Part shown: positions 10,236 to 23,100 of the stretch, piece after piece
How the letters are laid out: each line of letters begins with the position of its first letter
Position numbering within the stretch: the stretch's first letter is position 1
Assembly: GCA_965112735.1 (NCBI GenBank)
Contig: OZ218964.1
Location: 434,001 to 498,000 of the forward strand
Length of the DNA stretch: 64,000 nt
Direction of reading: 5' to 3'
DNA from: Phaeosaccion multiseriatum
Taxonomy: Eukaryota; Protista; Ochrophyta, other classes
Notes under the pieces: generated by a model
What the model was told of the DNA's origin: nothing
Database searches by the model: none
Seen by the model: the letters and a program-made list of their open reading frames with translations, nothing else
Program-made: the position numbers and the translations under genes

Positions 10236-13200
10236 TTACTTGCTTACAGCATCTTCCTCGGCCTTGGGCGGCGCCCCCTCCACCCTCCACACCAGCACCG
10301 TCCGATCACCCCTGCCCACAGTGATGCAATACTTATCGTCGCATGTGAAGCGCGCCTTGCTCACACTGCCCACGTGGCAGTGGGGAGACACTTTGCTCTG
10401 AGGCTTGCCGGGCAGGGCCGGGTACCGGAACAGGCGGACACTGCCGGTGTTGTCCGCTGCTACCACGATGCTCTCGTCGTGGGAACGGTGCACTGTTGTA
10501 TTGTGTTGTGTTGTGCACAAAGGAGAGAGGGGAGAGGGGGTAAGAGGAGAGAAGAGGGTGACGAAAGCCTATGCAAGAGGGGGCGGCAAAAAGTGTGTGT
10601 GTGCGTGTGCGTGCGTGTGCGTGCGTGTGCGTGCGTGTGCATATGTGTGTGTGCGTGAACGTATCCTGCCCTCACCCACCTGCGGTGACCTCTCGGTCCT
10701 CTTCGCGCACCACTGCCCCAGCCCTGCCCCCCTGCTGCTTGTTGTACACCGTCAGATTGGCATGCACCCCCTGCACGGGCCATCCGAAGGGACACGTCCA
10801 AGACGCCCACTTTAGGTGCTTGAGCTGAGCGGCCACATTAAAGGCCGTCCCGTCGGTGCTGTTGTGGTGGTGGTGGCTGAAGCCCAGGCAGTCGCTCTGG
10901 ATGGTGTTGCTGTCGGTACTAAAGTCCATGGCGATGACTTCGTTGCTGTGTTGCTGGCACTTTGACCTGTTTGAGCAGGGGCACAAGAGAGACACACACC
11001 ATGGGGTGGATGCAGCGGCCCAGCGCGAAGGCGTAAGAGCAGGGGCACTCGACGACCCCACTGCACCCTAGTCCACCGCTCCTGACCGCCCTCGCCCTTC
11101 ATCACGCACGGCCACACTGCCCTTCATGCTGTCATCCCACTCACCTCAGGGCATACCCATTGGCGTCGTAGAGATAAATCTTGTGGTCGGCGGAGGCGAG
11201 GGCGAAGGTCGTGCCGTCCGGCGTGAACTTGACCTCGCGGATGTAGCTCCGGCTATCTCGGCCTGGAGGTGCAAGAGAGTCAAGGGTGCGACAGAGCCGA
11301 GTAAGAGTGAAGTTCAAGTTCAAGTTCAAGTTCCAAGTTCAAGTTCCAAGTTCAAGTTCAAGTTCAAGTTCAAGTTCAAGTTCAAGTTTTAGGTTCAGTT
11401 TCCCGCCGCCTGCGCCTGCCTGTCCTCCCTCCCTCCCTCCCTCACTGACTCACCTTCGTAGGCAACCTTCAAGGTCTCTGCAGACATGACGAGGAACGCG
11501 CCGTCCTTGCGACTTTTCTCTCCCGTCAGAGACCCGCCCAGGCCCACCACGATGTGCTGCCCCGAGGGGGACCACGCCACGGAGCGGCAACACCCGTCCA
11601 CAAGAGCTTTCCTGAGAAGGTGAGAAGCAGCAGGGCAGAGAGGGGGTTGGGGGGTGAGAGGGCAAGTGATGAGAGGAAGAGGAGAGGAGAGGAGAGGGGA
11701 GGGGATGGACTACGCCAGACTCACTCACTTGATCATTCTCCGCATGCCCACGCTCCACACGCGGACAGTCTTGTCATCCCCGGCGGTGACGAAGAGGTCG
11801 GGGTCGGTGGGGTGTGTGTCCATGCCCCACACCTGCCCTTCGAAATGCCCCTCCTGCAGCAGCAGCATGGAGCCGCTCTGCCGAGAGATCTCGTACGTCT
11901 CGCTGCCCTTGGTCCCCTGAGAGAGAAAGAGGAGGAGGAGGAGGAGGAGGAGGAGGAGGAGGAGGAGGAGGAGGAGGAGGAGGAGGAGGAGGAGGAGGAG
12001 GAGGAGGAGGAGGAGGAGGAGGAGGAGGAGGAGGAGGAGGAGGAGGAGGAGGAGGAGGAGGAGGAGGAGGAGGAGGAGGAGGAGGAGGAGGAGGAGGAGG
12101 AGGAGGAGGAGGAGGAGGAGGAGGAGGAGGAGGAGGAGGAGGAGGAGGAGGAGGAGGAGGAGGAGGAGGAGGAGGAGGAGGAGGAGGAGGAGGAGGAGGA
12201 GGAGGAGGAGGAGGAGGAGGAGGAGGAGGAGGAGGAGGAGGAGGAGGAGGAGGAGGAGGAGGAGGAGGAGGAGGAGAGAGGGAGGGACGGAAAAAGGGCG
12301 GGGGAGAGAGAAAGAGAAAGAGAGAGAGAAAGAGAAAGAGAGAGCAAGAGGGAACGACAGAATGAGAGAGAGAGAGAGCGGCACAGCTAAAGATGGAGGG
12401 TGCCAGTCAGGCCTTCTGTACAGAGAGGAGGAGGGACCGGCATTAGGAAGGAGGGCACACGTGCACACGCAGCCACGACAGGCATGCATCAGCAAACAAG
12501 TCACACACGTATTCACACACTCACTCACACGGTACGCACGCACTCACTCACTGTAACGCACGCACACACGCCCTTCCTCACTTACCACGAGCAGTTTGAC
12601 CACAGTGGAGCCCGTCTCGTCGAGGCAGGCGCTGACGCTCCTCACGGCCTTGTTGAGGGGGGGCACTGCAGCCTCCGCCATGTCGTACGTGTGGAGATGC
12701 TCTAGAAGAGAGCTCCACAGCTTGACGCACCCGTCCTTGCCACCAGACACAAGCCCTCCCGCGCAGTAGAAGAGCGAGTTGATGCAGCGGTGATGGGCTC
12801 TGACGATCTTTTCGAGCCAGCGGCCCTTCCAAATGTAGAGGTGCCCCGACACAGAGCCCGTTACGAACTTCTTCTTTGAGTGCACGGCCTGGGGGGGGGG
12901 GGGGGTGGGGGCAGGAGGGAGGTAGGAGGGGGGAAGGGGGGGGGTGATGGAGGGAGAGCGGGCGGGAGGGCAAGCGGGCGGACAAGAGCGAGGGAAGGGA
13001 GGAGGGAGGGAAGGAGGGAGGGAGGGAGGGAGGGAGGGAGGGAGGGAGGGAGGGAGGGAGGGAGGGAGGGAGGGAGGGAGGGAGGGAGGGAGGGAGAGAG
13101 GAAGGAAGGGAGGGAAGAGGGGGGAGAGCAGCGGAAGGTGAGGGTGAGGGAGCGAGGGAGGGAGGGAGGACGGAGTGTGCTTTCTCACCGTGCCGCAGAG

Positions 13201-16200
13201 CATGGTCTGCCTCGCGCCGATTTTGCCGAACACCCCGAGCTGCGCCGTGAGGGAGGCACCCGTCAGAGTCCACATCTTCACGTGGTTAGTACCGCCAGAC
13301 ACCAGGGCCGCGGGACTGCCGGGGGAGGTGAAGGCGGCGAAGAAGACTCTGGTGTGGTTGTCCCCCTTCTTGGTGGGCACGTCCCCCTTGGCCGAGGTGA
13401 CGTACGTTCCGTCGAACCACTCACCGCTGCACGACTGCCAGATCTGCAGAGGGGGCGTGGGGGGTAGAGGAGGCGTGGGTGCGTGAGTGACTTGGGAGCG
13501 TTGGCTCACTCACTCTCTCACTCACTCACTCACTCTCTCACACTCCCTCCCTCCCTTCCTCTCTCCCTTTCTTCCCCACTCACTCACTCACTCACTCACT
13601 CACTCACTCACTCTCTCACACTCGCTCACTCGCTCACTCCCTCACTCCCTCCCTCCCTCACTCCCTCCCTCCCTCACTCACTCGCTCACTCACTCACTCA
13701 CTCCCTCACTCACTCCCTCCCTCACTCACTCGCTCACTCACTCACTCCCTCTCTCTCTCCCTCACTCACTCCCTCACTCACTCACTCACTCACTCACTCA
13801 CTTCCTCACTTCCCCACTCACCACTATGCTGCTGTCGACGTCCTTCCCCATGGAGGCAAGCCTGTGTCCGTCGCTGGAGAAGGCCAGTGAGGAGATGCCC
13901 TGTCTGTGCGCCTCACAGAGGACGACGATCTCTTGGCACGAGGAGGCGTCCCAGATACGCACACGGGGGCGGACTCCGATCTGGGGCACGCACACATACA
14001 CAACATACAAACACATACACAACATACAAACACATACACAACATACAAACACATACACAACATACAAACACATACACACAACACGCACACACAACGCACA
14101 CACACGAGGAGAGTCAGTTTGGCGGGAAAGAGCCATGCGCTGAGAGAGCGGCAGAAAGGCAACAACGCGCTAAGAAGCTCTTACGTCTCCTTCCTCCCCT
14201 CCCTCCTTCCCTCCCTCACCTCTCCCGTGGCTACAAAGCGGCCATTGGCTGCCACCGCCAGGCTGGAGATGGTCCTCCCCTCCCCCCTGTAGAAGCGCTG
14301 CTCGTCGCTTTCCTTGCTGTACACCACCCCGTAGCTGCTGCACGCATACACCACCCCACCCCCCTTGTTGTACCCCATACTTCCCCTCACCCCCCCCTCG
14401 TGTCGCACCGCCCCGTGCACATTGAGCAGGCTTAGGCCCTGATCAGGGGCACTCGGATCGTTGCCCAGAATGGCCGCATAGGACGGTTCAATGACTTGCG
14501 TGACCCAGGCCCTTGATGCCGCTGACGCCTTTTCCACCGCCGCCTTCTCCAGCTGCTCCCCTCCTCCCCCTCCCCCTCCCCCGCCCGCGGCATGAGTGGC
14601 AACAAGAGCAAGGTCGTCATCCTCCTCCACGTCGGAGTCTCTGTCCTCCTCCGCCAGCCCCGCCCCGTTCATGTTCCTGAGCTTAATGTTCTCAGACACG
14701 GCCACGTCGTCTCTCTCGTGCCTCCACTGCATCACGCAGCGGTCGGTGGCCCCTATGGAGACGAGGTGTGAGTCTCCTGCCGTCCATCTGCACCGAGCGA
14801 CGAGCCCTCCGTGTCCACGGTATGCCTTGCAGGCAGCAGCGCTGAGAGGGGATGGATGGCAGTGGACGGGAGAGGGGGGATGGCGGTGGAGGGACGGGGG
14901 GGGGGGGGTTGGACGAGGAAGAATGGACTAGTCAGGAGCGGTAAAGGAGAGCTATGCAGAGCCTCCAAGGTCCCTCCCCAAGGGAGAGATAGACTGACTG
15001 ACGGGCAGACACAGAGAGAGAGAGAGAGAAAAGAATGGAAGAGCGAAGAGGCGGGCGGGAGGGGGGGCGAGAGCAGGACCCACTTGCACAAGACCCGCTT
15101 ACTCACCTGTCGATGCACGGGTAGCGGAATAGCCGAATCCGGCCGAAGTTGTCGCCAGCTGCAATGCACTTGTTGATGTGCTCCGTGCGGATGGTGGCGT
15201 CCGCAGTGTGCACCTGAGGGAGGGGGGCAGAGGGGAGAGCGGGGGAGGGGAGTGGAGGAGAGTGTGCAATACAGGGGGTCAGGACGGGCAGGGAGGAGCG
15301 ACTCACGACTCCACAGAGCCCTGATCACCCCCTCGTATCATCAGCGGACTGATATTGACTAAAACTGACACTGACACTGAACCTAACACGGTGTGCCAGG
15401 ATGAGTCCCATTGACATAGCCTCCTCTCACTGACTCACTGACTCACTGACTCACTGACTCCCTCCCTCCCTCACCTGCGTGCCGTCGTTCTCCATGGGCC
15501 ACACCCCCTGACTGTACCAAGAGAAGACCACTGTGTGCGTGGCCCACTCCACGTTCTTGAGCCTGGAGGCAGCAGGGATGACCATTCCTGTGTCTGCCTC
15601 GAAGTAGAACAGCTCACACGCCCCGCACACACTACGCAGGTACCTGAGAGAGAGAGGGGGTGGATTGGTGGTGCTTTCCCTCACTCACTCACTTACTATC
15701 GGTGAACGAACGAACCAACTAACGAAGTCACTCAGTCACTCAGTCACTCACTCTCTCACTTAGTCACTCAGTCACTCAGTCACTTACTCACTCACACCCT
15801 CACTCACTTACTCACTCACTCACTCACTCACTCACTCCCTCCCTCCCTCACTCACTCACTCACTCGCATTCTCACTACTCGCGGACTCTCTCCCCCTGCC
15901 CCTTACCTCCCATCCTGCCTCGTCCATATGCCTATACCCTTCCCATACGCCTTTACTACACCGACATGCCCTTACCTCCCGTCCTGCGAGAAGTCCATGG
16001 CGAGTATGAAGGAGTTGTGAGTAGTGATCATGGCGCACAGCGAGTAGTTGTTGGTCACGCTGTACACGTATATCTTGTTGTCATAGCTGCCCATAGCCAG
16101 CAAGGAACCGTCTGGCGACCACTTGATGTCTGTGATGTGCTTGCTGCTGTCGCGAGCCTCGTGGATCACTGAGTGAGTACACACGTGTGAGAGGGGGTCA

Positions 16201-17085
16201 GAGGTGTCAGGACAAGGTGGTATAAGCCAGAGGGGTCAGAGGTCAGAGGCGTCGGGACAAGGAGGTGTGGAAGCTAGTATTAACTGTAACTGCAACCTGC
16301 GATGCAGCAGGACAGACGATATTCCCCTCGGCACCCACCTCCCCTCCCCTCCCCTTCCCCCCCACCCCCTCCTCTCCTTCCCGTCCCCTCCCCTCCCCCT
16401 CCTCCCACTCACCTGTGAAATCGTCCGCATCCATGACGAGCCACTTGCCATCAAACTGCTTGGCGCTCTCCTTGCTGGGCATGCCGTACCCTACCGCGAG
16501 CTTGGTGCCGTCCCACGAGTACTCCACCGCCCTTGTGACCATCTCCAGCAGATGTGTCTTGAGCAGCTTGTGCGTGTAACAGTCCCACACACGCAGCACC
16601 TATGGGGCATGCACATGGGCAGGCATATGGGCAGGCATATGGGCAAGCATATGGGCAGGCATATGGGCAGGCATATGGGCAGACATATGGGCAGGTATAT
16701 GGGCAGGCATATGGGCAGGGGCAGGGTGAAGAGGTGAAACGCCGAGGGGGGGGGGACTGCTTGTTAACATCACGTTGCTCGGCCATAGTTTTCACCCCAT
16801 GTGCCCCCCTTCTCTCCTTTCCTGCTTGCCTTGCTTCTCCCGCCTGATCCACCCACCCATCTATCCACGAACGAACGCACACACCCACACCTAGCCAAAC
16901 ACACACACACACATACACACACACACACACAGCTACCTTGTCTTCCCCGACGGTGCAGAACTCCGGAGAGACAGGGTTGGTGGCCATTCCGTGCAGCTCC
17001 TTGCCGTAGTGCCCCTGTCACAGGCAGTGACATTGAGAGAGGGTCAGAGAGGGTCAGAGAGGGTCAGAGATGGGGCGGGGATGAT

Positions 17086-17124
<39 letters not shown>

Positions 17125-20100
17125 GTGGACACACCTGCCCCAGGGGGGAGCCGTCGCCGTTGAGGCTCTCTCCGCTGGCGGCCGAAAACTCGTACATCTG
17201 AGGCCGAACAGCGAAGCGAACGAACGGCATACACAGGGACAGAGGAGGAGGGAAGGAGGCTACGGGTGGTCAGTCAGTAATTCCCCCAAGTCAGTCAGTC
17301 AGTTAGTCGGCATACATCCTACTTCCATACGCCTCCACCCACCCACCCACCCACCCACCCACCCATCCGCATCCACCGAACACCCATCACGTAATCATCC
17401 ATCCACCTCCCCGTTACCCACCCGTTACCCACCCGTTACCCACCCGTTACCCACCCGTTACCCACCCGTTACCCACCTGGTTGCCCCTGGTGCCCACGAG
17501 GAGCTTGTCTCTGGCAAGGTCCCAACATACGCCCCGCACCGCCATGCCCCCCTCCGCCTGCACAGAGGAGGCCCCTGCATTCAGCACTCCTTGGGCCATG
17601 GACTGCGACGCCACCGCTGCCACGTTGATCTGGTGCCGCAGGGACAAGTTGTGGCCCCAGATCTTGACGAAACCGTCAGCCCCGCCAGTCACCATGCCTG
17701 GGGGTGGGGAGGGAGGAAGAGGGAGGGACAGGAAGGCACAAGACACACATTAGTTCCTAAGCGGAGTGGGACATGGCGACCGCCTTGCAAAGAGGTCGTG
17801 AGAGAGAGGAAAGCCAAAACAGGCACACAGATACATACAAATACATATCCATACAACACACGCATGTGTACCGGCATGCACACACACACACCTTCCGTGG
17901 TGCTGGAGATGGAGAAGACCTCCCCGTTGTGCGCCTTTTTCGTCTTCTCGAGGCGCCTTCCCAAGAAGCGATACAGCATGCCGTCGAAGGTGCCAAGGAC
18001 GGGGGCGGTGCCATCCCAGCCGATGGAGAGGAAGGGCTGCAGCTTCCCCTCCTCGCCGAGACGGGCGGGCTTCTTGAACATATTGCGGCCCTTGGGGGGG
18101 GGGGGGGGGTAGTCATGGGGGGGGGGTGTGAGAGGGAGGGAGGCAGGGATGGAGGGACGGAGGAGAGAGTGCGAACTGAAGGTTCCAAGTCTCTCTGCTT
18201 CCATCTCAATCACCTCACACGCCAACCACCCAACTGTTACAGTGAACTGTTAGCCCAGCAAGCCGACTCCACCCTCGCTACCCTCGCCAGCTCACCCACT
18301 CACCCACCTACCCAGTGATCCACCCAGTGATCCAAAGCCACTTACCATGATGGTCCAAAAGTTGAGGAGCTTGTCGCCCGCCTGGATGAGGCCCTGTCCG
18401 TCGAGGGTGAAGGCGAGGGCCAGCGTCTTGCCAGGGCCCGAGCGCGTGACTGCGGCGACTCGGGAGCTCTCCCAGTCGTATACCACAATGGAGTTGTGGG
18501 GATCGCATCCCGCGCTGGCCAGGAGCCGCCCATCGGGGGAGAAGGCGAGCTCCGTCACCGCCTGTGGAGGGGAAGAGGTGGATGTGTGTGTGGGGGGGGG
18601 GGGGGGCGGGGTTGGTTGTTGTTGACCCCTTCGATTTCAGCCCCTTCTCTCGCTCACTCACGCCCTCACTCACGCACGCACGCACTCAGGCACTCACCCT
18701 TCTGTGTAGGCCCTCGAACATGCGCAAGACCTTCATTCCCTTGAGCCCCCACACAAAGAGCTTGGGCACCTGGGCAAGGAGCAAGGAGCAAGCAGAATAT
18801 ATATTATATGTATATATATATTCTATATATTGGAAGGACACACTCAGATTCTGTCTCGGGGAGGAGGGGGGGGGGGGGTACAACAAGACTACTGCTTTGC
18901 CACGTAAAGAGACAGGCTACGGCTGTAGCGCAAGTGGGCCCCCACCCCCCAAACAAGACAAGCAAGCAAGACAAGCAAGACATGACTGGATGTCGGCCTG
19001 CCCCTCACCTTGCCCCTCTGCCCCGTGGCGGCGATGGCCCTGTTCGGATGCAGCGCCAGACACAAGACATCATCCGTGTGATGCTGGAAGTACACCTGCG
19101 TAGGTGTCTTCTTGGTGTGATCCAGCTTCACCACCACCGACCCACAAAAGCTTAGCACCTCTCCCTCCTCCGAGTAGCGCAGCTGGCCCCTGCAGTCGTG
19201 CGCTCGGAAGCCGTGCACCCAGTCCAACACAAGGTCGTTGTCGGGCTCTCGGTTGTCCAGAGGCGGCGCCTCGCTGGGAGTGGCCACTGCGCGATGCCAG
19301 GGCTTGACTGCACTGAAGGCCTCGTTGCCCTTGCCGTTGTTAGTGTTGTTGTGGTTGTTGTCGGCGGAGGGCCCCCCTGCCTCCTCCATGGCCATGATAA
19401 ACTTGACGCTGTTGTTCTTCACTAAGTCCGTCTCATCGCTCTGGGCGGGGGGGGGGGTCGGAGCACGCAAGGAAGCAAGGAAGTAAGTGGGAGGGTGTGG
19501 TGTGGTGTGGGCGTGTATGTGCATGAGACGGAGTAGGGCTGTAGGGTTGCTGGAAGGGTTGCTGGAAGGGTTGCTGGAAGGGTTGCCGGGCTGAAGCCTA
19601 TCCCTCCCTTTCTCCTTCCCTCCCCTCCCTCCCCTCCCTCCCTCCCTCCCCTCCCTCCCCTCCCTCCCACCCTCCGTCCCTCCCTCCGTCCGTCCCTCCC
19701 TCCCTCCCTCCGTCCCTCCCTCCCTCCGTCCCTCCCTCCCTCCCCTCCCTCCCTCCCTCCGTCCCTCCCTCCCTCCGTCCCTCCCTCCTTCCCTCCCTCC
19801 TTCCCTCCCTCCTTCCCTCCCTCCCTCCCTCCCTCCCTCCGTCCCTCCCTCCCTCCCTCCCCTCCCTCCGTCCCTCCCTCCGTCCCTCCCTCCCTCCCTC
19901 CCTCCCTCCCTCCCTCCCTCCCTCCCTCCCTCCCTCCCTCCCTCCCTCCCTCACCTGCTCCCACACCGACGCAGGCCTGAGGTCCACCGCCTGTGCCCTG
20001 TCCTCTGGCGGAATGAGCACCTGCTTGACCATGCTGAGCTCCGTTTCGTTCTCCACCTCAAAGGCCCACTGCAGCACGCTGTTGTCCAGCCCCGATGACG

Positions 20101-23100
20101 TCAGGAGGTGAGCGTCGTCAGCTGTGAATACTGCTCCTCGGACAGGCCCGCCGTGGCCGCTGCGGAGGGTTGGAACAAGGAGGAGGAGGAGGAGGAGGAG
20201 GAGGAGGAGGAGGACGAGGAGGAGGAGGAGAGGAGCACGAGACGAGGAGGAGGGTTAGAACAATAAAGACGGCACACTCCTCCTCCTCCTCCTCCTCCTC
20301 CTCCTCCCTGGCCCGAGTCCCCTTATTCCCACCTGTACTCGTAGTAGTCCTGGTCCTGCGCCGTGGCGGGGTAGCGAAACACTCGAATCCGGCCGAAGTG
20401 GTCACAGCTGGCGAGTTGCTCCCCCGAGTTGGTGCGTGCGGTGGCGGTGACCACACTCCCGTCGGCGTGAGGGCCCCAGGTAGCCTGGAAGGGAAGGGAA
20501 GGGGATGGGAGGGAAGGAAGGGAAGGGAAGGGAAGGGAAGGGAAGGGGAGGGAAAGGAAGGGAAGGGAAGGGAAGGGAAGGGAAAGACATGAGGACCCAC
20601 CTACCACGCGACTGAAGACACTGAGGACACCAATGCAGGGCGGGGAGGGGGCTCTGTTCCACAAGTGCCGCATGCAAGCACGCACGCACCCACAGACCCA
20701 CCCACCCACAGACCCACCCACAGACCCACCCACCCACAGACCCACCCACAGACCCACCCACCCACCTGCACGGGCCAGCCGAAGACGGTACTTTGCGTGT
20801 CCCACTCGGTGTTGCGCAAGTTCGAGGGCGCCGTTTGCTCTCCCCTCTCCGTGTCGAAGAAGAGCAGCTCTCCGGTGAGTAGCGAGGCCGTCTGGAGGAA
20901 TTGACTGTCTGCGGCAAAGTCAAGGTGCGTCACACCACCCTTGTGGCCCACGCACTTGGCCCTGAGGGAGGGAGAGAGAGAGTGTGTAAGAGAGAGTGAG
21001 AGAGTGAGAGAGAGTGAGAGTGTGTGTGTGAGAGAGAGAGCGAGTGAGAGAGAGTGAGAGGGAGTGAGAGAGAGTGAGCGGGAGTGAGAGGGAGTGAGAG
21101 AGAGTGAGAGGGAGTGAGAGAGAGTGAGAGTGAGAGAGAGTGAGAGAGAGTGAGTGAGGGTGTGTGTATGAGAGCGAGAGGGAGAGAGACATGAGGGTGT
21201 AGGTATGTACCTGTATCACCCACTGCCCATCCTGCCCAATGTACCACCAACAGCTCAACTGCCCACTCACCTTGCGACAAAGTCCCCTGAGTTGTAAACG
21301 TACACGCTGTTGTCGGCGGAGGCGAGAGCAAGTGCCCCTCCATCCGGCGCCCAGCGGATGGCGTGGATGGCTCTCTTGGAATCCCTCGCCTCGTGCAGGA
21401 TGGTCAAGTCTTTCTCCTTTAACACCAGGTACCCGCCCTCCTTGCGGGGCCGTTCCTACGCAAGTTGGTTGTTCGGCAGGCAAGCAACCGGGAGCAAGCA
21501 GGTGGCGGGCAAGCAGGAAGTGAGCACGTTGGCTGTTCGTTCAGCCGCATGTAGCACGTAGCTGCCGCGCTTGCAAGGGGGCGCTGCGGGTCATCCATGG
21601 ATGGCGGAGTGCTGTCCGTCTCGTGTGTGTGTGTGTGTGTTTCTGGCCGCCTCTCCTCCTTCCCTTAGGCTCTTTCCTTTCCCACACTGCCTGTCCACCG
21701 AAAGAGGCCTCGTCGACTGACTCACAGCAGGCAATCACCCCTTCTACCCACCCTCCCTCCCACCCACCCACCCTCCCACCCGCCCCTCCCCACTCACCGG
21801 TCCCCGCTCTAGCCGCTCCGCCTCCTGCCGCCCCTGCCTTGCCCCAACAAGGGGTTGGCCCTGGTCCACCTCCACGCCGCCCCCAAAGCCCACTGCGATC
21901 ATGGTGCCGTCGGGGTTGTAACACACACTCAGAGCGGGTGTGTTCAGCGTCACCATCTTGACCAACTGGTGGGTGGAGGGGTACGGGGAGCGGGTAAGTA
22001 GAGGCGTATGGGGAGAGAAGAAGGGACCAATAACGAGTGGTTGGTAGTAGAGCGGCCATGTGTCTGTATGTGTGTGTGTGTGTGTGTGTGCGTGAGTGTA
22101 TTTGTGTGTGTGTGTGTGTGTGTGTCTGTATCTGTGTGTATCTGTACGTTCATGTGTGTGTGTCTGTGTGTGTGTGACATGGAAAAGGGAATCGCTTCTT
22201 CAGGCGAACAGCAGTTGGTGATACACAGCAGTTGGTGGTACAGCAGACAACCCACCCACCTTGTGCTTCTTCCTGTTCCACACCCTGACGGTCTTGTCCG
22301 ACCCCACCGTGACGAAGAGATTGGGATTCTCCGGGTGCACCGCCATGCCCCACACCCCCAGGCCAAAGTGCCCCACCACCACGGGCCCCTTGTGGATGGA
22401 GGTGCCGTCCACGTCGGAAACCTCGTACATCTGACAGCTGTCCATGGCCAGCAGCATCTTGTGGGAGGCGGAGTCCCAGCACAGGCTGTGCACAGAGTGA
22501 CTCATGCTGCGGGCGTGTGTGCGTGCGTGCGTGTGTGTGAGTGTGTGTGCATGTGTGAGGAGGTTTCCGTTTCCGTTCGTTGGCACGGAGGGAGAGAGAG
22601 TGCGAGAGAGAGAGAGAGAGGGAGAAACAGCAAGAGAGTGAGAGGGAGGGAGGGAGGGAGGGAGGGAGGGAGAGAAAGAAAGAGAACGAGAGGGATGGAG
22701 AGAAAGGGAGAGAGGGAGAGAGGGAGAGTGAGAGGGATGGAGAGAGGGAGAGAGGGAGGGTGGGTGGGTGGGCGGGTGGGAGGGAGGGAGGGAGGGAGGG
22801 AGGGAGGGAGAGTGAGAGGGATGGAGAGAGGGAGAGAGGGAGGGTGGGAGGGAGGGAGGGAGGGAGGGAGGGAGAGAGGGAGGGTGGGAGGGAGGGAGGG
22901 AGGGAGGGAGGGAGGGAGGGAGGGAGGGAGGGAGGGAGGGAGGGAGGGAGGGAGGGAGGGAGAGGCGAGGAGCGAAGAGAGGTACCCCTCCCATCCAAAG
23001 CGCTCCATGCAGAGATGCCCAATCCTGCCTACCTGCCGAGCGAGCGCAGATCGAAGCAGGCTCCCATCTCCAGGTTCAGCGTCCAGAGCTGCAGCTTGCC

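Noticed and set aside
11554-12543. Long poly-E, poly-L, poly-S and poly-G ORFs
   Set aside because: They are translations of the intronic (GAG)n tract; only 11916-11729 and the flanking EML exons are coding.
17411-17476. Interstitial telomere-like repeat
   Set aside because: The unit GTGGGTAACGG is not TTAGGG/TTTAGGG and is explained by donor duplication.
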